Below are positions 26,272-37,922 of a stretch of 64,000 bases of DNA, piece by piece. This DNA is from Ginglymostoma cirratum. Taxonomy: Eukaryota. Below the pieces are notes generated by a model. The model was given only the letters and a program-made list of their open reading frames with translations. It was not told the DNA's origin and did no database searches. Numbering within the stretch: position 1 is the first letter of the stretch; every line of letters begins with the position of its first letter. Both the position numbers and the translations under genes were made by a program. The DNA is taken from the NCBI GenBank assembly GCA_024137785.1, contig JAHRHZ010000274.1, positions 19,068,097 to 19,132,096 on the forward strand, in the 5' to 3' direction.

Positions 26272-26351
26272 GATAACAAGGTGTAGAGCTGGATGAACAC
26301 AGCAGGCCAAGCAGCATCAGAGGAGCAGGAAGGCTGACGTTTCAGGCCTAG
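26272..26351 (-). mobile_element. PLE family B pLTR fragment
   Basis: Near-identical to 12141-12220. Confidence 0.85.
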
Positions 26352-26592
26352 TGTAGTTTTCTTTAGGCAGGACAGTGTCCCAGCTCCATTCAAATAAAAC
26401 AGTCACATTGTGATTGTCTCCTGGATCCTGTTTGTTTCCATTGTTTGGAAATGAATGAACAGAGCATTCCCCGAGGAAGTGGAGCCATTTCTATGGAGGC
26501 TTAGTGATTTGGAAGTTCATATCAAGAGGATCTTTGCTCAAGAAGTGACTACACTCCCATCTGCCAGTTAACTTCGTAAGCTGTTTACTCAC

Positions 26593-26679
26593 AATTTATT
26601 CTTCATGAATGAAAACACTGTCCCGTTGAAAGCATCCATCATGATATATTCCTCAGGTTTTATGTATTTTTCAATCCTT
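26593..26679 (-). other. Candidate exon (87 nt, phase 2/2), product unknown
   Basis: tttttgatacag acceptor and ATT|gtgagt donor; frame reads RIEKYIKPEEYIMMDAFNGTVFSFMKNK. Confidence 0.3.
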
Positions 26680-27619
26680 CTGTATCAAAAATTTCATTTT
26701 TATGTCTAACCAAACAAACGTTCCACTTCTCTGCAGCCAGATTAAATGAGCTCACCAAGCAACAGAGCTGATTTAACTATCAACATCTGATTTATTTTTC
26801 TTCCACACTGTTGCTCTTCAATATAGAACCATATCTTCCATCACTATGTTTCCCAGCGGTGCACACATCTTTTCCTGGCACGACTTAACAACTTGCTCTT
26901 ACCAAATCAGTGCTTCTCCCTCTTGTTTTGTCCAATCAAAATCTACTGTTCACAAATTGGCTTTTTGTTTTTGGTGCTTATTGACAAATTGATTGTGAAT
27001 GCTTTAGTTCGGGAAATGGTTGTAACAGAGACCGCTCCTTCCTTTAAGAGTGAATATTGGAAGTAAAGAAAGACGCATGTCTATTCAAAGAGAGCAGGCA
27101 ATTAGCATCAGTTTTCAAGCCAATATAGACACATTAGCTTCTTCTCTATGGTTTATTTATTTATGTACAGATAGTGTTTTCATTCCCAAATTATCATCAC
27201 CTTTGCAACCACTGGCCCAAGGAATTTGAGGACTTTTGTTATAACTGTTCGATATTATGATATTTGTGAAAGAAAAATAACTAATAAATCAAGCATTAAC
27301 AAAATTATTTTGAGTAATTTAATATGTTTGCTTTCTTTACATTATTAGAAATTTCGACTACAGGTATAATCTTTCTGGTATTTTCACTTGACTCATGTAA
27401 AAGTATGATATAGGGTTGCAAATGAGTGCCCCCTTACCCTTGTTCAATATATGAATAGATATTTGAGGCCATTTGTTATAATTTACTGCCCAAAAAGTGA
27501 CTTATGGCTTACAGGCAGTGCAATCAAGTGAAGAGCTATAATCAATAGTGTGGCACGAGAGCACTTTCCAATGAAGATCTTGAGTAGCTTTATATTCTTT
27601 GACATTTGAAACATCTCAT

Positions 27620-27930
27620 TTGAAAAAAAATAAAACCTCAGACATTAACAGGTTACATGCAGAAAAGCTGTTTCTGCTTGTTAGAGATTGAGAAAAACGG
27701 TTTGAAGCCATAGAATAGGCAGTGGCTTTTTAGGATGAGATAATGCAAGTTCCTCTCAAAGGGTCGTGAACATGTTCAAGATGATGATTGTTGGATTTTT
27801 GGTCGATAAGGGAAATAAATTACATATGGATAGGTGAGACAGAGGCATTGTTGCAAAAGTTCAGTCATGATCTTATTGAATAACTAAACAGGCTTGATGG
27901 ACCAGTTTACACCAGTTTATGTTCCTTTTC
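27620..27930 (+). mobile_element. Old CR1 3' fragment
   Basis: Decayed KTSDINRLHAEKLFLLV region and CR1-type 3' UTR. Confidence 0.55.
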
Positions 27931-28014
27931 TCACATTTTGAAACCCTTAGCATGTATTAGTCAATGTACTTTCCTCATATTGAATCATTGATTTAAAAAG
28001 TATTACATTAGTTG

Positions 28015-28782
28015 ATGTTGTAGACTTGCTCGCCGAGCCAGTGTGTTTGATTTCAGATGTTTAGTCACCCTGTTAGGTAACATGGTCAGTGTGCCTCTGG
28101 TGAAGCGTTGGTGTTCTGTCCCACTTGTTATTTGTGAGCCTCAGTTTGCTGGGGTGGTTGGCATCACTTCTAGTTCTGTTTCTCAGTGGTTTGTATATCG
28201 GTCCAGTTCAATATGTTTGTTGATGGAGTTCCAGTTGGAATGCCAGGCCTCAAGGAATTCCCTAAGGGAATTCTGTTTGGTTTGTGCTATTATGGATGTG
28301 TTGTCTCAGTCGAATTCGTGTCTTTCTTTGTCCATGTGTATTGAGACCAGTGAGAATTGGTTATGTCTCTGGGTAGCCAGTTAGTATTTGTGTGTCCTTA
28401 TTGTCAGTTTTCTTCCAGTTTGGCCTGTGTAATGTTTCTCACAGTCCTTGCATGGTATTTTTTATATTACATTAGTTTTATTGGCTGTGGTGTGGGATCC
28501 TTTACATTTGTCAGTTTGTCGTAGGGTGGTTGTTGGTTTGTGGGCTACCCTGATACCTAGGGGTCTGAGTAGTCTTGTGGTCATCTCTGATACGTGTGTG
28601 ATGTATGGTATGGTGACCAAGGCATATAAATAACAAGCGGGGCAGAACACCAAAGCTTCACCGGAGGCGCACTGACGATATTACCTAGCAGAGTGATGAA
28701 ACGTCTCCAATCAAACACACCCGCTCAGCGAGCAAGTCTACAACCTTACCACAACTTGAACTACAAATCTTCTCAAAAACTT
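28015..28782 (-). mobile_element. Poseidon-like PLE (family C): GIY-YIG region with inverted pLTR arms and 14-bp TSD
   Basis: TIPYITHVSEMTTRLLRPLGIRVAHKP..NVI*KIPCKDCEKHYTGQTGR..REFLEAWHS..SINKHIELD. Arms at ~28017-28134 and ~28627-28745. TSD TA(T/C)TACATTAGTTG at 28001-28014 and 28783-28796. Confidence 0.9.
28668..28708 (+). ncRNA. Minimal hammerhead motif (PLE family C)
   Basis: CTGACGA (28672-28678), T, stem II ATTAC/GTGAT, GAAACGTC (28698-28705). A decayed mirror copy lies near 28055-28090. Confidence 0.6.
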
Positions 28783-29179
28783 TACTACATTAGTTGTTGT
28801 ACACAAAGTCATGCAGCAGGCATGTTAAACATGGTGGCAAAGTGCAGAAGTTGATTGGATCTGAATGGCGATGATGGTCATTGTGCAGTATGTGCTATGT
28901 ATTAAGATCATTTGTTTGCCAATGGGTTTTGTTGTATATGTGCATATTTATTATTTTGTTATCTTGTTTCACCATGTTTCCATATGACACAAGTATAAAT
29001 GTTATGTTCTACAACAAAGTGAGGTGCCAACTGCCAAAACAAGCTAAAGCCAGCTTGTTATATATGTGCTAAATCATTGAATCTGTGCAGTATAAATTAC
29101 TTTATGTAAATTGTATTCTTCTGCATGCTGTTAGCTTGAAAGAAGCAGGTGCTTGGAGTGAAAATGACATTTAGCATAA

Positions 29180-29575
29180 GAATGGGAATGTTCATTCGGA
29201 GGCTATGGCACTGGACAAGTATTCCAGAAAGCTGGGCAAATGATCTAGGTCTTGAGTTCAAATCCCACTATATTAAAGTTAGTTCATTAAATAAAATGGA
29301 ACCAAACAAACTATTAATACTAATGGTGTTCCTGTAGCTACTGGATTGTTGTAAAGATCCATCCAGTTCACAAATGACTTTTAAAGAAGGGACTCTGGTA
29401 TCCTTACATATTTGGTCCGGTTTGGTCTGGTGTGGTCTGTGTGACTCCAGACTCTCATTGAAATGGTTAACTCTTAAATGCCCTCTGACATAGCAAAAGA
29501 CAGCAAAACACTTATTAAGCGTGGGTAATAAATGCTTGTTTTTCCAGCCACACCTACATCCTGTGAAAAAATTAA
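29180..29575 (+). mobile_element. tRNA-derived SINE, same family as 46440-46808
   Basis: GAGTTCAAATCCCAC B-box, shared TGTGACTCCAGAC motif and AATAAATGC tail. Confidence 0.7.
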
Positions 29576-29829
29576 TCTTCTGGCAGCACACATAAATGAT
29601 AGTTTGAGTTGGGCTAATCTACTGCACAGATAAATAGTGAATATACGGCAATAATACCGTATTGTAATAACTACAGTAATACTGCATAACAAATAGTGAA
29701 ACTTTCAATTAATTTGAAAGTAATTAAACTGGGAAACATTTATTGATTTTACAAAGAAAAGGACCGAGAACAAGAAAAAGGAACAGCATACATCCCTTGT
29801 GAAACAAATAGTTCTATATGCAAGCATGA

Positions 29830-30220
29830 CGTGTGATCTCTGGGTCAGTTCTCTCACTGCTGAACCTGTAGATTGTGGGTTCAATTCCCACTGCAAAGTC
29901 TTAAGCCTAAAATCTAGGCTTAAACCTTAGTGACGTTAAAGGAGTATTGGACTGTCAGGACAACTGCTAAACCAAGACCCCTCCGGCTCTCTCAATTAGA
30001 TACTAAGGGTCCCATCACAGCAATGTTTTGAAGAAATGCATGCCTTTCCTGTTAAAAATTCATCCCTCAACCAACATCTATTTGTGTAACTTGCTGTGAG
30101 GAAATTGATTGCTAAATTTCCTTTGATGCAAAAGTGCATTCATATGTTATTACACGTAAAGTATGTTAAGATGCCCTTTGTTATAACTGGCATTATATAA
30201 ATAGAAATCTTTCTTTCTTT
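29830..30220 (+). mobile_element. Deu-domain SINE (SacSINE1-like), decayed
   Basis: GGGTTCAATTCC head; Deu-like TAAACCAAGACCCC..TCCCAT..TTTGAAGAA..ATCCCTCAACCAACATC..TTGCTGTG..AAATTG; tail TATATAAATAGAAATCTTTCTTTC. Confidence 0.7.
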
Positions 30221-30379
30221 TTGGTACTACAAGATAGTTTGCTTCATAGAGAGTAAATTCAACAAACAAAATTAACTCTAGACGCATTATGAGTATTATT
30301 AGCTGAACCCCAATGGAACTACACATAACAAGATTTTAGACTGGAGGATTAAAGTACATCATGATGGAAAAATTAAAGA

Positions 30380-31040
30380 CAATGAAAATGGAATGTTGAC
30401 CTTTATTTCAAGGGGAATTGAGTATAAAAATAGGAAGATTTAGTTAAAACTATACAAGACACTAGTCAGAACATGGTTGGAATATTGTGAACAGTTTTAA
30501 TCCTTTTATCTGAGGAAGGATATACTAACAATTGAGAAGTCCAGAGAAGGTTCAGTAGGCTGATTTCAGATATGGAGGGATTGTTTTATGAGGAGAAGTT
30601 GAGTAGGTTGGGTCTGTGCTCATTGGAATTTAGAAGAATTAGAAGCAGTCTTATTGAAACATACAAGATTCTTAAGGAGACTAGATAGTATAGATGTGGA
30701 GAGGTTGTTTCCGCTTGTGGTAGAGTCAAAGACCAGACAACATAATCTCAGAATAATAGGTTGCATACTTAAGGCAGAAATGTGGAGAAATTCCTTCTCT
30801 CAGCGTGTAGTGAATCTGTAGAATTCTTTACCATGAAGGGATGTTGAGGTTGGGTCAACAAGTATACTTAAGGCTGTGATAGACAGATTTTTAATCAGTA
30901 AGGGAGACAAAGATCATAGGGAAATGGCAGGAAGGTGGAATTTAAGATTATAAGATCAATCATGATCTCACAGAGTGGTGCTGCAGTTTCGATGGGCTGA
31001 TTGGACTACTTTGGCTCTTACGTCTTTTGGTCTTATGACC
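30380..31040 (+). mobile_element. CR1 LINE 3' fragment
   Basis: ENGMLTFISRGIEYKNR..LYKTLVR..LEYCEQF..YEEKLSRLGLCSLEFRR..LIETYKIL. Confidence 0.9.
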
Positions 31041-31059
31041 TTAACTCTCTACTGACTAG

Positions 31060-32095
31060 AACAGACATAGCACATAGGAAGATAGTTATGACTGTTGGAA
31101 GTCAGTCATCTCAGCTCCAGGTCATCGTTACAGGAGTTCTTCAGGGTAGTGTCCCAAACCCAACCATCTTCAGTAGCTTCATTAGTGTCCTTCTCTCAAT
31201 TATAACTTCAGAGGTGGGAAAGTCCACTGATAATTGTGCAGTGTTCCAAACATTTGCAACTCCTCAAATACTGATATTGTTTATACCTAAATGTAGCAAG
31301 ACCTGTAGAATCCACCCCACCCATCCCACTGACAAATCCCCACCACCCCCTACCTGCACTCACCTATCACCATCCCACCTACCTTCTCCAGCCCCACCCC
31401 TCCTCTCTCTATTCATTTCCCAGCTCCTTTTCCCCTCTCCATTTCTGAAGAAGGGTCCTGACCCAAAACGTCAACTTTTCTGCTTCTCTGATGCTGCCTG
31501 GCCTGCTGTGTTCCTCCAGCTCCACACTGTGTTGTCTCTGACTCCATCATCTGCAGTTCTTGCTATCTGTGTACAATATCCAGATGTGGGCTGACAATTG
31601 GAAAGTAACTTTTGTGTATGCAAGTGCCAGGTAATTACCATCTCCAACAAGAGAATCCAACAATCAAACCTTGACATTCAAAGGTATTGCTATCACTGAA
31701 TCCCCCACCAACAACATCCTGCAGATTACCATTGACCAGAAACTGAACTGCATCAGCCACATAAATACGGTGGATGCAAGTGTAGGTCACACCCTGGCAA
31801 TCCTGCTGGAAATAACTCATCTTCCCATTCCTCAAAAACTGTCCATAATCTACAAGATACAGGGCAGGAGTGTGAAAGAATACCCTCCATTTGCTTGGGT
31901 CAGTGCAATTTTATCAACACTCAAGAAGCTTTACACCAGCCAGGACAAAGCAGTCCACTTGATAGGTATCACTTCTGACACCTTCAGCATTCAGTCTCTG
32001 CACCATTAATGCATTGAGATACCATCTACAAGTCACACTTCAAAAAAATCAGCATAGCTCTTTCGACAATATCTTCTGTGTGAGACTGCCACTAC
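31060..32095 (+). mobile_element. CR1/L2-group LINE RT fragment with a nested PLE pLTR fragment at ~31310-31568
   Basis: VTGVLQGSVPNPTIFSSFI..ESPTNNILQITIDQKLN..IYKIQGRSVKEYPPFAW. The nested piece carries CTGAAGAAGGGTCCTGACCCAAAACGTC. Confidence 0.8.
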
Positions 32096-32440
32096 TCGAA
32101 AAATCTGGCCCACTGTGCTTTGGGGCCAGGTGGAGATAGTAAGAAGAGGGCCAAGTATATATGTGAGTTGCTTCTCCATGGAATGCCACAAGGAGATTGT
32201 ATGTATCCCCTTCACTGAGGTTCCTTCCTAACCTTCTTTTTTTGAGGGAAGGGTGGTGGGTCCAGAGGAGTGGAGAGTTGACTCCAGAGTGGGAGAACTG
32301 GGGAAACATGTGCAGATCTAGAACAGGAGAAAAAAGGTGCAATGGACCCAGAGTGGTTTAGAGCTTTGGACACCTGCGGTAAGTGAGGTGGATGTCAGGT
32401 CAGTGAGTGGGTCGTGTATGTAGTCTACGGAAACTGTAGT

Positions 32441-33436
32441 TGGTCTGTTTAAGGTTTGGTGGTTGTTTGAAGGTGAGAAGTGGAGGTGTAGGGAAGATCT
32501 TGGCAAGGTGTTCACCATCATCAATAATGTGTTGAAGGCTGTGAAGAACGTGGCGTAGTTTCTCCGCTCCCAGGAAGTAGTGGACGATGAAGGGCTCCCT
32601 ATCAGACGTATCCCATATCTGTCTTCTGACGAGGTCATTACGGTTTTTCGCTGTGGCACATCAGAACTGGCAATCGATGAGCTGAGCATCGTATCCTGTT
32701 CCTATGAGGGCGTCCTTCAACACCTTCAGGTATCTGTCTCATTCCTCCTCATCCAAACAAATTCTGTGTATGCATAGGGTTTGTCTGAAGGGGAAGCTAG
32801 AGAGTGCAGCCTCATGAGGTTATCCTTGGGCTTGCGGTAGAATGAGGTACGTAGGTGTGCCTGACTGATGGAGATGCGTGTGTCCAAGAATGAGACTGAT
32901 TCTAAAGAGTAATCTAAGATAACTTTGATGGTGGGGTGAAACTTGCAGATATTGCTATGTAATTGTTTCAGTGATTCCTCGCCATGAGTCCAAAGGAAGA
33001 AAATGTCTTCAATGTATCTGGTGTATAGCATTGGTCGGAGGCTCTGTGCAGCAAAGACGTCTTGTGCGAACGTGTACACGAAAATGTTTTGTGTACTGGG
33101 GAGCGAATCTGATCCCCATGGCTGTTCCATGCGTCTGGATGAAGAACTGGTTGTTGAAGGTGAAGATGTTATGGCTGAGGATAAAGTGGATGAGTTGTAG
33201 GATGGCGTATGGAAATTGGCAGTTGTTGGTATTGAGTAGAGAGGCTGTTGCAGTGATGCCAGTCGTCGTGGGGAATGCTGTTGTAGAGTGTCAAAATATC
33301 CATTGTAACGAGGAATGTTCCTGGTTCGATTGGTCCGTGGGAGCTGAGTTTCTGTAAGAAATCTGTAGTGTCGCGACAGAAGCTGGGGGTTCCCTGTACA
33401 ATGGATTTCAAGATGTCCTCGACATAGCCCTCGACT
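32441..33436 (-). mobile_element. PLE family A, inverted RT segment
   Basis: VQGTPSFCRDTTDFLQKL..FLVTMDILTLYNSIPHDD..LYTRYIEDIFFLWTHGEESL; equivalent to 44422-45436. Confidence 0.92.
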
Positions 33437-34447
33437 TGACAACCTCTGCAAGACATGTCAGATCTTCGGCATGGACACTACCATCACACGTGGGAACACC
33501 ACCCACCACATACCTGGCAGATACTTATGTGACTCAGCCAACATCGTCTATCTCAGACGCTGCAGGCAAGGATGCTCCGAGCCATGGTATATTGGCAAAA
33601 CAGTACAGACGCGATGACAACAGACGAATGGATACTGCGCAACAATTGCCAGACAGGAATGTTGCCTCCGAGTGGTCAGCGGTCAAGGATATTCAGCCTC
33701 GGGTCTTTGGGTAAACTTCCTCCAAGGTGGACTTAGGGATACACAACGCAGAATTGCTGAGCTGATAGGCATGTTTAGTACCCATGAAGATAGCCTCAAC
33801 CGGGATCTTGGATTGATGTCACACTACAGGTGACCTTCCCCACACTANNNNNNNNNNNNNNNNNNNNNNNNNNNNNNNNNNNNNNNNNNNNNNNNNNNNN
33901 NNNNNNNNNNNNNNNNNNNNNNNNNNNNNNNNNNNNNNNNNNNNNNNNNNNNNNNNNNNNNNNNNNNNNNNNNNNNNNNNNNNNNNNNNNNNNNNNNTGC
34001 AGATACAGTCTATTTAGTTCATAAAGCGACAGTCAGTCAATGTTACGTTTTATAAAATCCTACTTTAGAAATAAAACCAGTCTGGCTCCAAACCAAAACA
34101 TAAACAGATTCTAAACAAAGGCTCGCACCTATCTTGCATTGTCTGACGTAAAATGTCACCTCTTATTTACATTGACAAAACCTGTAGTTCTCTCAGGACA
34201 GTGGCTTCAAAGGGATTCGGGGATTTACGAAACATATTAATCAATTACAACCTTCTAACTGATTAAAGATTTAACAGCCTCTTAGTACGTCCTCATCAGT
34301 GGTGTGACACTTTGATCTTATAAATTCTGTGTCTGATACTACCTCTCTCACTAACACCTGGAGAAGGAGCAAGACTCCGAAAGCTTGTGTTTTCAAATAA
34401 ACCTGTTGGACTATAACCTGGTGCCATGTGATTTCTGACCTTGTACA
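33437..34447 (+). mobile_element. PLE family A, GIY-YIG segment and 3' pLTR (same insertion as 32441-33436)
   Basis: NLCKTCQIF..CDSANIVYL..WYIGKT; equivalent to 45489 onward. Hammerhead-like AACAC-CTGGAGA-AGGAG..CTCC-GAAAGCTT-GTGTT at ~34353-34391. Confidence 0.9.
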
Positions 34448-37400
34448 CCGAAGGAAAGGCCTCACCAGCTTCTGTGTTACATGATCATAAGAGCAAATTA
34501 AAATGCAGCAATGGACCAATGTGAACATCAGTGGGTAAGTAACAAGGCTGATTTTAATAGCCTATAGCCAATTTCTTGCAGGCAGTAAGAGTTAAAATAA
34601 TTCCTACAAAATTTTACTTTAGCAAATCGTGTGACTTTTTACACCGACATTACATTGCAGAGCTTACTTCCAGAACTAAATTTCTGATGAAAGCGGCTAC
34701 CAAGGATATTTGTACTCAGGTTACTTTCTGCCCTGGGAGCACATATTTGCTGATTTATCCTTAACATAATAAACTTTTCCGACATTTAGCTAAACTTCAA
34801 TGGTGCTTCCTTCTATACTACCAAGCATTAAAAACTCAAAGCTGGTTGGCCCAAGGAAACATTTATTTTTAAATAAAAGCAAAGTTCTGAAGACAAGTCA
34901 TACTAGACTCAAAAGGACTCTGTTTCTCTCTCCACTGATGGTACCAGACTGGCTGAGTTTCTCTAGCACTTTGTGTTTGTTTCAATCATTTCTTTCCTTA
35001 ACATGTTGTTATATAGAATTAATTTCATACATTATTATGTAGAAATAAAATTATGTTGTAAACACTTAGACAATAAACAATTTGAATTGTTTTACATTTA
35101 TATAATGGATTTGACATAAGATATACAAATTTAAGGAAATATTTCGTTTTGCAGCAGCGATAAGTGTGTATTGATGTATCAATGGATTGTTACGATGGAC
35201 ATCAATGCCGATTGATGAGACTTCAGGGCTTAATCATGCAGCTGAAGTTTGATGAAAGCTGGTGGTTTAATGACAATATGCTATTTCTTGCTTCAGCAAG
35301 CACTCTGGAATAGTCAGATCACTAATCCAAAAACGCTGAGGAAAAAGTGAAAGAGGCAAATAAGAAATGAGTCTGAAGGGCAGAAAAGATTGACAGATCA
35401 AAGCAAATAGGCACAAGATTAAAAAAATCCATTGGCTGAACTTGTGTCTCTTTGTCACCCTTTCAGGACTTTGTAAGTTTCTTTTCCATCAGCACTAAAG
35501 TGAGGCCATGTCGTGATGCACACGGGTTGAGAGTGCTAGCCCCTAGATGCATGTTGACACTGACAGCACTTGTGAGGGATGGACTGATGGATAGAAATCA
35601 CAATTTCTGACATGGTGACATGTTGTCAGGTTGGGTAGAAGCTGGATTTTTTTACCTAATGGAGTCAGCATTTAAGCAGTGCCCAGATTCGCTGGGACTC
35701 CCATTGCCCAGCTCTTAGCCGTGGACTCAGTACAGCATTTGCAGAGCGCAAGGAACAAATCAGGACCCGGTGTACAACAGTAAGCACTGAATAATGCCTG
35801 TAGCTAATAGACGTGCAGATGTAGTTTGCAGCTTTATTTTTGGGAAATTCCAGTAGGAAACAAAATGATGTCATTTGAAAAACTAAACATGTGGTATAAA
35901 GATATCATTTAGAATAAACTCCTCAAATGAAAAAGATTCCCAAGTCAAAGTGCTGACCTGGTTCACCTCGATTAGAGACTAATCACACTCATAATGTTAT
36001 TCCATTGAGTGGGATTTGAGACTGGTTGCAAGGTACTGTTGGACTTACAAAGGAAATGAGTTAATCTCCCTGTAAGTCTGAAAACCTCAGCATTGCAATC
36101 AATGAACACTGTTGGGGATTAAGATGGTTTTGCAATATAACTGCAGTATTAATGCACGGAATCAGCTCATCAGGTGTGCCCGGGGCCAATTTCTCCCCAG
36201 AAAATAGAATCTCTCATCAAAAGTAAGAGTTTGGCTGCAGAGGTTGAAGGTGAAGAGGAAAATTGGCTGATGGCAGTCCAATTGCAATAATTGGAGGGAG
36301 GTTACCATTGTTTCCCAGTTAGGAACTTTTCTCACTCGCCAGGGAGGCAGAAAAAGACTGGGGAGAAGGCAAGTTGATGCCTTGAAGTAACCATTAATTG
36401 ATAACTTCAGGGCCTTAGTTGCTGGTGAGTCATGAAAACCCCCCATTAACGTTCTTGCACTTAATTGTTAAACTGGCAAGAATGCATGTGTTTCTCTCAA
36501 AGACAAACATGCTCAATTATTACTCCTTCTTGTCACTTCCAGGGAGGGGAGTACTCTGCCCATTGTTACTAAGACTATTAAGTGACAAAGATTGTACACT
36601 TGTCACCTTCAAATTCCAGAGCAATTCTTTAAATTTCCCTACCTGAAAGTAGGTGACATTATCAGTTGGAGATCTTACTCCAACATTAACCCTTCCAGAA
36701 CCATTATTTTATGCAATACAAATCAGGAAGTAAATCTTTTGAGCATCATGAGCTTTAATTTTAATTTTCAAATATTGGATTAAATGATGATGATATGATT
36801 AACATAGAAACAAAAATATCATGATCAAACTTTATTTTTCTTACAATCATTGGGACCAATTGCCTGACATTTTGACATACTGAGGGTATTCCAGATGCTG
36901 TCTCTTGCATGCATACCCCAATTGTCAATAAATCAGAAAGTGCTAATTGAGATATATATAGTGCTTAAAAAGCAAAGTTTTGTTTAAGTCTTGTGTACAT
37001 TCATCTCTTGCCATTAAGCTTCTAATAAGTCTTTGACCTCAATTATTCTCTGTCTCTTAACAACATCATGGCCACCAAAGGTTTTCTGAATGGAAATAAA
37101 CCAAGTTTGAGACACATGGAAGAAGAGAAGGATCAACAGAAAAGTGCCAAGCAGGTCCAGCTGTTTTAAAGGGTTTTGTGCCCATTCACCAGTACACTCA
37201 TGTAATTGCTTCTGAAAACTGTTTGTATTGTGGTTATTCCTATTTCTGAAACAAAACGGAAGATTAAGCCGCCATTAAGATATAAAAATGTCTTTCATAA
37301 TTCTGTTTGCTCCCTCATAAACATCCCAATCACATGATGGTATGTTTTCAATGGTATTGCATGAATAAAGGAATGAGTGATCAACAGCTAGTGTAGCCTG

Positions 37401-37734
37401 TTTAGCTGTATCTCCATCATGATACTTCCATCCATGGCTGTAGCCAACGTTGCATCTGTCTGGTGAAAATGACAGGGAACTGTAAACAAGATTCTTGATC
37501 AAGAAACGGTTGGATTTAGTGATCAGATGTCTGCTACTAGAACATTTGCTAACTTCCATTGAGCATACAACCAGTATAACCAATAACAGCAGGAATACAG
37601 TCTCCAACCTACTTCTTTGGAGAGTTGTTGAAATACCAAACTATGGGCAATTGGCAAAGAAATCCACCCTTGCCCAATCATCTTATGTAGCTCTATTTTC
37701 ATTTCACAGTTAATAAATGAGGAATTGATTATTC

Positions 37735-37922
37735 AGAAAATGAAAACCGCTGGAGATCACAGCAGGTCAGACAGCATCCATGGAGAGAAAGCAAGCAGAG
37801 CTGATGAAGAGTCATCTAGAAATGTTAGCTTGCTTTCTCTCCACAGATGCTGCCTGACCCATTGTGATCTCCAGCATAGTTTGTTTCACTTCAGATTCCA
37901 ACACCTGCAGTAATTTGCTCCT
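37735..37922. mobile_element. Old fold-back pLTR-derived element
   Basis: Inverted arms GCTGGAGATCACAGCAGGTCAG..GGAGAGAAAGCAAGC / GCTTGCTTTCTCTCC..CTGACC..TGTGATCTCCAGC around CTGATGAAGAGTCATCTAGAAATGTT. Confidence 0.75.

Noticed and set aside
37275-37607. 110-aa ORF with a signal-peptide-like start (METVFLLLLVILVVC)
   Set aside because: The start codon is TTG, not ATG. No recognisable domain and no supporting exon structure.
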